Origin: Patescibacteria group bacterium
GTDB lineage: Bacteria > Patescibacteriota > Patescibacteriia > Patescibacteriales > UBA12465
Length of the DNA stretch: 54,470 bases
Direction of reading: 5' to 3'
Assembly: GCA_041651355.1 (NCBI GenBank)
Contig: JBAZJK010000002.1
Location: 1 to 54,470 of the forward strand
A program made the position numbers and the translations under genes. Under the pieces are notes generated by a model. The model was not told where the DNA came from, did no database searches, and saw only the letters and a list, made by a program, of their open reading frames with translations. Below, one piece after another: positions 9,339 through 18,649 of this stretch (position 1 is its first letter; every line of letters begins with the position of its first letter).

Positions 9339-12113
9339 ATGAAAATCGCACTTATTCAATGCCCGGTATGGGGCACCTATGATCCGCCGCTCGCCTTAGC
9401 CCAGCTTTCCGCCTGTCTGAAGAAAGACGGACATGAGATATGCGCTCTGGATTTGAATATCGAGCTATATCTTAGCCGCCAGGAAAATTATAAGAATACC
9501 TGGGCCTGGGAACAATCTCTTTTTTGGTACAATCAGGAGTGCGTATCAAAATTTCTTGCCGATAACAAAGACACAATAAATAAATACGTAGAACAGATTG
9601 TTGACGGCGGATATGGCGTGGTTTGTTTTTCTGTAACGGCAGCTTCAAAACTGTCCAGTCTGGAATTAGCGCGGTCAATCAAGAAACGCAACAAGGGTAT
9701 CATTATAATATTCGGAGGTACCCTATTTTTTGACAGGAATTTTATAAAAGTAATATTAAGCGACGCATCCGTAGATATCGTAGCATGCGGAGAAGGAGAA
9801 GTAACATTATCTGAATTGGCAAGGCTCATAGAAAATAAAGAACACTTAGATGCCTGCCGCGGGATAGCTTTTAAAAATAAAGGCATACGGGTTAACCCCG
9901 AACGGCCTTTAATCGGAGATTTGGATGATCTACCGTTTCTGGATTTTTCCCAATTGCCGCTATCCAACTATGACGATAAAGGCCACGTCGCATTTCTATC
10001 CAGTCGCGGTTGTTGGCAACAATGCGTATTCTGCAGTTCCCGGACATTCTGGGCCGGCTACCGCAGGATGAGCGCTAAGAGGATTTTTGATGAAATACAC
10101 TTCCACTATAAAAATAATGACGAGGTTAGGCATATTGACTTCTTGGATTTGATGTTTAACGGAGATATAGAAGAGCTTAATTCATTCTGCGACCTGATGA
10201 TTGGTTCTGAGTTAAAGGGGAGGATATGTTGGGCAGCTAATGCTATTATCAGGCCCGAGATGACCCCTGCGTTATTAAACAAGATGAAGGCGGCAGGCTG
10301 TAAGCATCTCATCTATGGCATCGAATCAGGGTCGCAGAAGGTATTGAATTTAATGAAAAAACGATACAGGATAGAAGATGCCGATATCGTAATCAAGGCT
10401 ACCCATGAGGCCGGCATAGTAGTGACCGCTAATTTTATGTTTGGTTTCCCCGGAGAGAGCGAAGAAGATTTCGGGCAGACGCTTGGTTTTCTCAAGAGAA
10501 ATGCCAGGTATCTGGATAGGGCTTATCCCAGCCGCACCTTTTGCGCCCTGGAGGAAGACAGTTATTTACACGCGCATTTAGAAGAATTCGGTATCAAGCC
10601 CAATCCGCCCAATCATTTATATTGGGAGTCGCTCGACAGCCAAAATACCTACCCCGAGCGACTGAGGCGATGCGAGGAATTCTGCAATCTCGCATCTTCC
10701 TTGGGGATCGAAGTAGCCAGCGGCGTACAGACATCCGTAGAGCTAGACCGCTGGTTTAATCTGCTGCATTACTACGAACAGAAAAAAGACATAAAGAACA
10801 TGCTTCAGTGCTGCCTGAACTATTATAAATCAGAGCCCGATAACGAGTTCGTTGTGGGAAAAATTGAAAAATATTTTTATGGATTACAAGAAGAAGAAAG
10901 AGAAAAAATTCTCGGAGCGAGGTTATTCTCCGAATTGCAGATAGTTGTCAATAAGATAGGCTCCAAATGTTCTGCCCTCGCCTTAGTGTCAAATCAACAG
11001 GTAGAAAAGATTGGCAGAGAAAAAAGCTTTGCTTTAGCGATAGCCGAACAGCGGGACAATAAACAGCTCACCGAGACGGAATATCATAATAATGAGAGTA
11101 GCCTTAATTCCTGGCCAAGGGTTTTGTTCATTCAAGCCTCCGGACCATGCAATTCAAGTTGCGTATTTTGCTCCCGCGGCGATAATTACAAGATGTTTGA
11201 CTTGGAGGAATTTAAGAAAGGTTTTGTTGAAAATTTCTACTTTTTGTTTTATATAGCGGAAAAGATTGTTTTAACGGGTTCAGGCGAATTTCTTCTTTTG
11301 CCCGAGGCAGAAAAAATATTGGATTATTTCGATGAAAATTTTCCGCATATAGAGAAGATGTTTGCGACCAACGGCTCGGGTCTCCTCCCCAGCATAGCTA
11401 AAAAAATCGTAGATAGTAAAAGCAGGTATACAATTCATTTTTCTTTACACGCTTCCAATCACAAGCTGCACAAAACCCTTACCCGGATGGATAATTTTTA
11501 TAAGATATTAGGTCAATTGAAGTATTTACTTGATATCAGGAAAGACAAGGAGAGGCCAGCCGTCCACCTTACCTTTGTAGCTACAACCTTGAACATCGAG
11601 GACCTTCCTAACTTCGTCAGGTTGGCTTCCAACCTGGGAGTCGATAAGGTCGTATGTTATTATAACTATATATATGTACCTGCCCAGAAGTATCTCTCAT
11701 GTTTTTTTAAACAGGATATTACCAACAGCGTGCTGGATGAAGCCGAAGATTTAGCAAGGAGTCTAAAGGTACAACTTGAGCTCCCCCCCAGGTTTAAACA
11801 GAAGGAATATCCCAAATTAGATATCTGCCGCGAGCCGTGGACGCAGGTAATGTTTGATATCGACGGTAATGTTTTGCCATGTGATGCCTCGGAAGACTTC
11901 CGAGGCAATCTCAAAAATGCCAAACATTTCCATGAGATTTGGAACGGGCAGCATTACCGCAGGTTAAGGGAGTCTTTAATTAATGGCACCAGCGATTGTT
12001 TTAAGTATTGTTTTAGGGCAAATCCGGCGGCGGTTAATGATTTTCGCTCCCATGTCATACGTAGAGGCAGGGAGGCGTCAGAAATAGATGTTTATTGGGG
12101 GGATAACTTTTAG
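9339..12113 (+). CDS. Cobalamin-binding radical SAM fused to a second radical SAM/SPASM domain (modules E+A)
   Basis: MKIALIQCPVWG...PP, FGGT, GEGE. SRGCWQQCVFC at 10011-10034, GIESGS. Second motif CNSSCVFC at 11148-11171, SLHAS, LSCFF, LPPRF, CREPW. Confidence 0.9.
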   Translation: MKIALIQCPVWGTYDPPLALAQLSACLKKDGHEICALDLNIELYLSRQENYKNTWAWEQSLFWYNQECVSKFLADNKDTINKYVEQIVDGGYGVVCFSVTAASKLSSLELARSIKKRNKGIIIIFGGTLFFDRNFIKVILSDASVDIVACGEGEVTLSELARLIENKEHLDACRGIAFKNKGIRVNPERPLIGDLDDLPFLDFSQLPLSNYDDKGHVAFLSSRGCWQQCVFCSSRTFWAGYRRMSAKRIFDEIHFHYKNNDEVRHIDFLDLMFNGDIEELNSFCDLMIGSELKGRICWAANAIIRPEMTPALLNKMKAAGCKHLIYGIESGSQKVLNLMKKRYRIEDADIVIKATHEAGIVVTANFMFGFPGESEEDFGQTLGFLKRNARYLDRAYPSRTFCALEEDSYLHAHLEEFGIKPNPPNHLYWESLDSQNTYPERLRRCEEFCNLASSLGIEVASGVQTSVELDRWFNLLHYYEQKKDIKNMLQCCLNYYKSEPDNEFVVGKIEKYFYGLQEEEREKILGARLFSELQIVVNKIGSKCSALALVSNQQVEKIGREKSFALAIAEQRDNKQLTETEYHNNESSLNSWPRVLFIQASGPCNSSCVFCSRGDNYKMFDLEEFKKGFVENFYFLFYIAEKIVLTGSGEFLLLPEAEKILDYFDENFPHIEKMFATNGSGLLPSIAKKIVDSKSRYTIHFSLHASNHKLHKTLTRMDNFYKILGQLKYLLDIRKDKERPAVHLTFVATTLNIEDLPNFVRLASNLGVDKVVCYYNYIYVPAQKYLSCFFKQDITNSVLDEAEDLARSLKVQLELPPRFKQKEYPKLDICREPWTQVMFDIDGNVLPCDASEDFRGNLKNAKHFHEIWNGQHYRRLRESLINGTSDCFKYCFRANPAAVNDFRSHVIRRGREASEIDVYWGDNF

Positions 12114-12940
12114 TGGTCGAAAATAGCGTTCCTTTACGGTTTACCTGGGATATCCATTATAAGTGCAATTTCCGCTGTCCTTACTGCTGGTTTTATAAAA
12201 AATGGATAAGCGAAGGCAGGCGGTATCTTCTTCTTTCCCCCGACGAATGGCTTAAGCACTGGTTAAAGGTTCGCAATCGCTATGGAGAAGCAGATATCGC
12301 TATTACCGGCGGGGAACCGTTTCTTTATCCGAATTTTATCGAGATAATAAAAATACTGTCTTTGATACACAGGATAAAGATTACCACGAATATGTCAGGT
12401 GATATCGATACCTTTGTTAAGCAGATAGCCCCCAGCAGAGTAACGTTAGACCTGAATTTCCATCCGCTCTTTTCTGAAATAGGAAGTTTTATAGAAAAGA
12501 CCCTTCTTTTAAAAAAGGCGGGTTTCCGGGCCGGCGTATGTTATTTGGCCTATCCTCCTCAAATGGGGCAGATAGATATTTTTAGAAGGCGTTTTGAGGA
12601 AGCGGGGATTAACTTTGCCCTTGCCGCTTTCTGGGGTGAATTTGAAGGCAAGAGATACCCGCAGAGCTACACTCCACAGGAGTTGGATTTTATACGTCCG
12701 TTTTTAGGAGACATCGACAGGATTGTTTATCATCTGGGCGCCGAAACCCCCCGCGGAAAACTCTGCAATGCGGGGTATACCTACGCAATTGTTCAAGGGG
12801 ATGGTTATGTAGTAAGATGCGGTCAGTTAGCAGATAAGTTCATAGGAAATATTACGGATGAAGATTTTAATCTCTTTGATTCGCCAAAGGCCTGCGAAGC
12901 GGAGTTTTGCCCGTGCAATGAATACGTTAATTTAATCTAA
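12113..12940 (+). CDS. Compact radical SAM protein with short C-terminal Cys domain (module B)
   Basis: GTG start overlaps the upstream TAG. FTWDIHYKCNFRCPYC, GGEPF, TTN, YPP, C-terminal C...RC...CEAEFCPC. Confidence 0.88.
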   Translation: MVENSVPLRFTWDIHYKCNFRCPYCWFYKKWISEGRRYLLLSPDEWLKHWLKVRNRYGEADIAITGGEPFLYPNFIEIIKILSLIHRIKITTNMSGDIDTFVKQIAPSRVTLDLNFHPLFSEIGSFIEKTLLLKKAGFRAGVCYLAYPPQMGQIDIFRRRFEEAGINFALAAFWGEFEGKRYPQSYTPQELDFIRPFLGDIDRIVYHLGAETPRGKLCNAGYTYAIVQGDGYVVRCGQLADKFIGNITDEDFNLFDSPKACEAEFCPCNEYVNLI

Positions 12941-12967
12941 AGAAAACTCGAGCCCCGGGTAGCCATC

Positions 12968-14845
12968 ATGAATGAGACGTCTAAGTATTTCAGAAAAAAC
13001 ATATTTCCCAAGAGGGTATTTTTAAACTGGGAGGTTACTCATCAGTGCAATTATAATTGTTTGTACTGTTCAATTCATAAGCCATTAACGACTGAATCTC
13101 TGCCCCGCCTGTCTATGGGAAAAATGAAGGAGATAAGCTGCGGGATATATGAGAGCTACGGAAGTTGTCATATAAGATTTTCAGGAGGGGAGCCTTTTGT
13201 TTGCCCGGATTTTATCCAGTTTCTTCGGGTGCTTTCAGAGTATCATACCCTGGAAGTCTCGACCAATCTCTCTGCGGATGTAAATAATTTAAAGGAACGA
13301 CTGTGTCCGGAGGGCCTGCTTTTATCAAGCAGTTTTCATCCGCAGTTCATTGATATCCACGAATTTCTAAAGAAGGTCCTATTTTTAAAAAATAGCGGGT
13401 TCGATATTTCGGTTACCTTTGTAGCATATCCTCCATTTTTGGCGCAACTAAAATATTATAGAGAGACCATAGAGAATAATGGAATACAATTCATCATTCA
13501 GCTTTTTAGCGGCGCATTCAACGGCCTAAGGTATCCGGAGTCATATACAGATGAGGAAAAAATGTTACTTAAAGAGCAGGCCGGCCTTTCTTTGCACAAA
13601 GATGCTAATAAGCAGATATACGAATCAAAGATGGATATCGGGAGAATCCACGCTCGCATTTGCCGCATGGGCCAGATGTATGCCAAGATCGACAATAATG
13701 GCGATGTATTCCGCTGTTGCGCATCAGGTAGCCCCAAATTGGGTAATATATTTAATGGTGGCTTGCAATTGTTGGATAAACCCCAGGCGTGCGAAATTAA
13801 CCCTTGCCCGTGTTGGAAGGCTATGATAGTAGGAGAAGAAGAGGTCTGGCTTAAGAATTGGGAATATCAAAAGCATCGGAAAGAAGGTAATTCCATTGAG
13901 GGAGGTGGTAACTTGGAGTCGTCTCTTAATATCAAGGAGACCATCCCGAGAGAATCAATTCCTCCCCACCGCGTATTTTTTACTTGGGATATCCATTATA
14001 GATGCAACTACAGGTGCACATATTGTAATGCCCCAAAGCCGGGGCAGGGAGGCTTTATTGAGGCGCGATACCTGCCGATTGATAAATGGTTAGCTATTTG
14101 GGGAGATATTTATGAAAGGTACGGCAGGTGCCAGATACAGTTATCGGGAGGCGAGCCGTTTATTTATCCCGGAGCCATGGATTTAGTAATACAGCTTTCT
14201 AAAATACATACCTTGGAATTTTCAACTAACTTTTATTGGGACATCGAGCCTTTTATACAAAATGTTAGTCCGGACAGAGCGCGGATAGGCGTAAGTTTTC
14301 ATCCCGAATTTGCTGATTTCGGTTCATTCTTAGACAAAGCCTTAAGGTTAAAAAGAAACGGGTTTGAAGTGTGGGTAAATTACGTAGCTTATCCCGCCTT
14401 ACTAAAAGACATGCCGGGATATAAACTTGAAATAGAGAGAGCGGGGATGCATTTTTCAATTTTGCCGTTCACGGGGCAATTTGAAGGGAGGGTATTTCCC
14501 GGGGGATATACTGAGCGCGAAATGATGGTTATAAATGAGGGGTATGTGGCGGCCGACGAAGTCAATAAAAAAACAATAGATTGGAATATGGGTGAACAAA
14601 AGAACAAGACCAAAGGAAAATTATGCCGCATGGGGCAAATGTACGGAAAGATCCGTCCTAATGGATTGGTGCATAGGTGTTGCGGCACCCCGGCTAGTGA
14701 GTTGGGCAACATAATCGATGGGACGTTTAAGTTATCGGAGGAACCCCTGGCTTGTGAGTCAGAGCAGTGTCCTTGCTGGCGATGTATGCTTGTATCGGAT
14801 GAAGGGCAGTGGTCAACCCATTGGGTTATACCTCATAAGCGCTAG
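12968..14845 (+). CDS. Tandem double radical SAM protein (modules B+B)
   Basis: Two homologous halves, CNYNCLYC and CNYRCTYC. Each half has GGEPF, STN, SFHP, CRMGQMY, and a C-x4-CPCW ending. Confidence 0.9.
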   Translation: MNETSKYFRKNIFPKRVFLNWEVTHQCNYNCLYCSIHKPLTTESLPRLSMGKMKEISCGIYESYGSCHIRFSGGEPFVCPDFIQFLRVLSEYHTLEVSTNLSADVNNLKERLCPEGLLLSSSFHPQFIDIHEFLKKVLFLKNSGFDISVTFVAYPPFLAQLKYYRETIENNGIQFIIQLFSGAFNGLRYPESYTDEEKMLLKEQAGLSLHKDANKQIYESKMDIGRIHARICRMGQMYAKIDNNGDVFRCCASGSPKLGNIFNGGLQLLDKPQACEINPCPCWKAMIVGEEEVWLKNWEYQKHRKEGNSIEGGGNLESSLNIKETIPRESIPPHRVFFTWDIHYRCNYRCTYCNAPKPGQGGFIEARYLPIDKWLAIWGDIYERYGRCQIQLSGGEPFIYPGAMDLVIQLSKIHTLEFSTNFYWDIEPFIQNVSPDRARIGVSFHPEFADFGSFLDKALRLKRNGFEVWVNYVAYPALLKDMPGYKLEIERAGMHFSILPFTGQFEGRVFPGGYTEREMMVINEGYVAADEVNKKTIDWNMGEQKNKTKGKLCRMGQMYGKIRPNGLVHRCCGTPASELGNIIDGTFKLSEEPLACESEQCPCWRCMLVSDEGQWSTHWVIPHKR

Positions 14846-14852
14846 GATATTA

Positions 14853-15692
14853 ATGGAAAAACTGAATAACAAACGGATTACATTCTCTTGGGATATACAT
14901 TATGCCTGTAATTATCGTTGTCCGTATTGTTGGTATGCGGCGGACGGGACGTTTTTAAAAAATAAAAATAAATACCTACCATTTAAAAAGCTGATAGATA
15001 TCTGGACCGACATGCATAGAAAACACGGTTCCTTATGGATTGATATAATCGGAGGCGAGCCGTTTATCTATCCTGATTTTAACGAGATAATCAGAGAGCT
15101 TTCCAAAATGCATTTCATAGAGATTACCTCTAATCTGTCAACTGATCTATCAAGCTCTCTAGGCGGGATAAACCCCGAAATGGTGCGCATCGCAGGGACG
15201 CTGCACCCCCTATTCGCAGACCTGCGCGTTTTTATCAGGAACTTACTGGCGCTTAAAGAGCATGGGATAAAAACCTTTGCGCTCTATTTGGCATATCCGC
15301 CTCAAATCCCTCTCATTCCGTATTACAGGGAGAAATTCGCTTATTGCGGGATAGACTTCTCGGTAATAACCTTCTGGGGGGAATATAGGGGTGTCAGGTA
15401 TCCTGAAGGATACAGCCAGGAAGAAATAAATATTATCGAGCCTTTTTTGGGAGAGCGAGGGGAGGAAAAATATCAATTGCGTCCTAAAGAGGTAAAGAGA
15501 AAAATATGCCGTGCCGGGCAAATTTACGTAAATCTAAAAGCCGACGGGTCTGCGTATAGATGTGGTTCCCATAAATCCCAATCATTGGGGAACCTGTTTG
15601 CGGGTAACTTTCAGTTGCTGGATAAGCCCATGCCGTGCGATTCAGACTTTTGTCCCTGCAATGAATGGGCCGGCTTGTTAGTCGAGACGTGA
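14853..15692 (+). CDS. Compact radical SAM protein (module B); start moved from 14718 to ATG 14853
   Basis: MEKLNNKRITFSWDIHYACNYRCPYC, GGEPF, YPP, CRAGQ, CDSDFCPC. ATG 14853 lies 8 nt after the upstream stop and aligns with the paralog starts. Confidence 0.88.
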   Translation: MEKLNNKRITFSWDIHYACNYRCPYCWYAADGTFLKNKNKYLPFKKLIDIWTDMHRKHGSLWIDIIGGEPFIYPDFNEIIRELSKMHFIEITSNLSTDLSSSLGGINPEMVRIAGTLHPLFADLRVFIRNLLALKEHGIKTFALYLAYPPQIPLIPYYREKFAYCGIDFSVITFWGEYRGVRYPEGYSQEEINIIEPFLGERGEEKYQLRPKEVKRKICRAGQIYVNLKADGSAYRCGSHKSQSLGNLFAGNFQLLDKPMPCDSDFCPCNEWAGLLVET

Positions 15693-15719
15693 TGCGAGGT
15701 TAATCAAAGGACAGACTGA

Positions 15720-16349
15720 ATGAGTAAAATGCTAAGCGGACTTGGAAGGGTCTTTGTGATCCTGACCGATGAACAAAATAAAATCTTGAGGCGCTCCGTT
15801 CTTATTGTGGATAACGGTTATTACCCGCAGGAGCACCTGCGCAGCGTTGTAGCGGAAACACAGAGGCGCATTCCGGCTTCCGAGGTCGCAATCCTTTCTT
15901 TTGAACATAGAAGAGGCTATCTTCAAGAAAATTTTCCAGATATCAAAGCTGTCTTTCCGGGAAAATGGATTAGGCCGCAAAGATATAGTTTAGCCATTAA
16001 GTTGTTAATCCTAAGCAGAAGGGGTTACGATTTTGTGGTTGTAATGTCTTTGGACAAGACGCCGATAATAGTTGCGTTATTGTTCATGAATGCACAGCTC
16101 TTTTTATATAATAGATGGAACGAATGGTATCTTTTGAGATTCAGGAACCCTTGGGAGTTTTTAACATTCAGGGAAGGACAGGATATAGCTAAATATAGAT
16201 CTCGAAACAGCCGGTTTATAAATTTATTTTTATTTATACCCAGACTCATTCTTCATGTTCTCGTATTCATATATTTAGCATCCTATAGTTTATTTCTTCT
16301 CTTTTATAGACTTTACAATATTATTAAAATCAGGTTATTGAAGAAATAG
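15720..16349 (+). CDS. Hypothetical protein with C-terminal hydrophobic segment; possibly a lone GT-B (GT9-like) N-terminal Rossmann domain
   Basis: In-operon ORF. VLIVD...FP.SEVAIL...YDFVVVM pattern resembles the GT9 N-domain. Hydrophobic FLFIPRLILHVLVFIYLASYSLFLLF near the end. Confidence 0.55.
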   Translation: MSKMLSGLGRVFVILTDEQNKILRRSVLIVDNGYYPQEHLRSVVAETQRRIPASEVAILSFEHRRGYLQENFPDIKAVFPGKWIRPQRYSLAIKLLILSRRGYDFVVVMSLDKTPIIVALLFMNAQLFLYNRWNEWYLLRFRNPWEFLTFREGQDIAKYRSRNSRFINLFLFIPRLILHVLVFIYLASYSLFLLFYRLYNIIKIRLLKK

Positions 16350-16365
16350 AACAAGAGAAGCGACT

Positions 16366-17424
16366 ATGGAAACCGATGTCCGGCAGTTTAGCTCCGATAA
16401 AATATTAAAGCATCTGGATCGCGTTAATGAATGGCTCGAGGGACTTAATCCCCCGCCGGTTACCGTTGAGCTGGACATGACAAATTTATGCAACCATAAG
16501 TGCCCCGAGTGCGTAGTTAACTATTTCAGAGTCGCCGATAAAAGCGCGCTTTCAGGCGTTACCGCTAAATCCATCATTAGACAATTAGCGAGAGCCAAGG
16601 TGAGGGGGTTGATATTCACGGGAGGCGGAGAGCCGCTTTGCAACCCCCATACCTTATCGGCCGTGGAATTGGCGAAGGCTAGCGGGTTAGACGTAGGCTT
16701 TATCACCAACGGCGCGCTCTTAAATCAAAAGATAGCAGGGGCTTTATTAGAGAGCTGCACTTGGATTAGGGTATCTCTGGATGCCGGCTCGCCGCGGGCG
16801 TTCCAGTCTACCCACGGCATGAATGATAGTGAGTTCCGTAAGGTCGTTGATAATATCGGGGTTTTGACAGGTCTCAAGAGAAAAATGAAAAACAGATGCA
16901 CCGTAGGCGTCGGTTTTCTTACCTGTGATTATACGACTACCGATATGGAGAAGGCGGCGGCATTGAGTAAAAGGATGGGCGTTGATTACCTGCAGTTTAG
17001 GCCGATGCAGATCCATAGAGGTGGAAAATTTGGGTATCATTGGTTAGACGTGCAGGCCAATATAAAAAAGTGCCTAAGATATTCCGGAAATGGTTTCCAG
17101 GTGCTTTATTCCAAACACAAATATGATATGGCCCACGACCCGCGTTTCGGCAGGCATTATCGGAAATGTTACGGGCATCAATTCGCGACGGTAGTAGCTG
17201 CGGATGCCAAGATGTATCTTTGTTGCCACACCCGCGGATACAAAAAATACTGTATCGGAGACCTGAAAAAAGATTCTTTTAAGAAAATCTGGAATTCCAA
17301 GAGGAGAAAAACGGTAGCCAAAAGGATTGATTTTAAGGACTGCATTCCTTTATGCCGCGATAATACTTTTAATCAGATACTGTGGAATATAAAACAAAAC
17401 AGGGAGCACGTGAATTTTCTATAG
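16366..17424 (+). CDS. Radical SAM/SPASM-like protein (module C)
   Basis: PVTVELDMTNLCNHKCPEC, GGGEP, ITNG, SLDAG. C-terminal CYGHQF...CC...IW...C...CR. Confidence 0.9.
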   Translation: METDVRQFSSDKILKHLDRVNEWLEGLNPPPVTVELDMTNLCNHKCPECVVNYFRVADKSALSGVTAKSIIRQLARAKVRGLIFTGGGEPLCNPHTLSAVELAKASGLDVGFITNGALLNQKIAGALLESCTWIRVSLDAGSPRAFQSTHGMNDSEFRKVVDNIGVLTGLKRKMKNRCTVGVGFLTCDYTTTDMEKAAALSKRMGVDYLQFRPMQIHRGGKFGYHWLDVQANIKKCLRYSGNGFQVLYSKHKYDMAHDPRFGRHYRKCYGHQFATVVAADAKMYLCCHTRGYKKYCIGDLKKDSFKKIWNSKRRKTVAKRIDFKDCIPLCRDNTFNQILWNIKQNREHVNFL

Positions 17425-17431
17425 CAATCTC

Positions 17432-18649
17432 ATGAAACGGCATAGTAACCCAGGAAATAAATTCTTGGTTATCAAGACAGTATCGGGTTATGTATTAAAA
17501 GGGTTTATTAGCGCAGCAGTTTTTTTAATAATTTTAGAAGCGGCACTGCAGATAACCGGGACAGCATATCTAAGATTAAAATATACAATTAAAAACCCGG
17601 AAGCGCTAAAGGACGATTCTTTACGCATAATGTTTATAGGGGATTCCTGGACGCAGGGGGCTGACGCAGCCCCGGGGCCGGGATATGTAATGCTGGTGAC
17701 GCAAGAATTGAACCGCCTTTACCCTGTTAAAAGCATCCAGGTATATAATTTTGCCTTAGGCAGCACGAATTCATCGCAGGCAATACATCAGTTTTTAGAC
17801 AACTATCGCAATATAAAACCCGATATATTGGTGGTTTTGACAGGGGCAAATAACGGATGGAATACCCAAGATATTATAACCGCCCGCAAGCGCATTAGAA
17901 ACGGGATAATTAATTATAATGAGCTGGAAAACACTAGTTTTGCCGAACAGTCCGCCAACTTTTTTAAAAAATTGAAGATCGCAAAGTTATATAACTTGAT
18001 TTCGTACAATATATTTTATAAATCCCAGGAAATCAAGATTCCCCTGCCCGACAATGAATACCTTCTTGGTTACCATAAAATTTTTAATGCTACCAGGGAT
18101 CCAGAAAAAGCAAGATTATATTTAATAAATAACTATAAGGAAAATACGACTGATTACAATGATCTTTATAAAGCAACGCGGCATTCCTTTGGAGGCGACA
18201 TAGAAAAAACCTTAAATTATTTAAAAAATAAAAACATGCTCAAACTTAATTTGATTAGCGAGAAAATAGATATAAAGAAGGATAGAACCAGTCGGTCTCT
18301 TCATTTGAAAATCCTGGAAGAGAATCTGACGGATTTGAAAGACCTGTGCGACCAGGAAGGCATAATAATGGTTGTAGAGAATTATCCTTATAATAGTATG
18401 CAGTTTAGAGCTGTCAACGATGCCCTCGGCAGAATATCTTCAAGGATAAATGCAGTCTATGTAAATCATTACGGGTATTTCAAGGATAAAGTTGGCTATG
18501 AAGAATGGGATAAGGTTATGACTAAGTCGCACGTTAATTATAAAGGTCACGAGTATATGGCGGACAATCTGGTTGAGATATTGAGCGCTGCTATTGCTAC
18601 TCAAGAGAGAAGCAAAAAAGATAGGGAGAATATGAATTCTGAAAAATGA
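17432..18649 (+). CDS. Membrane-anchored SGNH/GDSL-family protein (putative esterase or O-acyltransferase)
   Basis: N-terminal TM segment. Block I FIGDSW, block II NFALGS, block III TGANN, block V TKSHVNYKGH. Confidence 0.8.
   Translation: MKRHSNPGNKFLVIKTVSGYVLKGFISAAVFLIILEAALQITGTAYLRLKYTIKNPEALKDDSLRIMFIGDSWTQGADAAPGPGYVMLVTQELNRLYPVKSIQVYNFALGSTNSSQAIHQFLDNYRNIKPDILVVLTGANNGWNTQDIITARKRIRNGIINYNELENTSFAEQSANFFKKLKIAKLYNLISYNIFYKSQEIKIPLPDNEYLLGYHKIFNATRDPEKARLYLINNYKENTTDYNDLYKATRHSFGGDIEKTLNYLKNKNMLKLNLISEKIDIKKDRTSRSLHLKILEENLTDLKDLCDQEGIIMVVENYPYNSMQFRAVNDALGRISSRINAVYVNHYGYFKDKVGYEEWDKVMTKSHVNYKGHEYMADNLVEILSAAIATQERSKKDRENMNSEK

Noticed and set aside
14718-14852. N-terminal extension of the ORF-track call 14718..15692
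   Set aside because: It overlaps the previous gene by 128 nt in another frame. ATG 14853 follows the upstream stop and matches the paralog starts.
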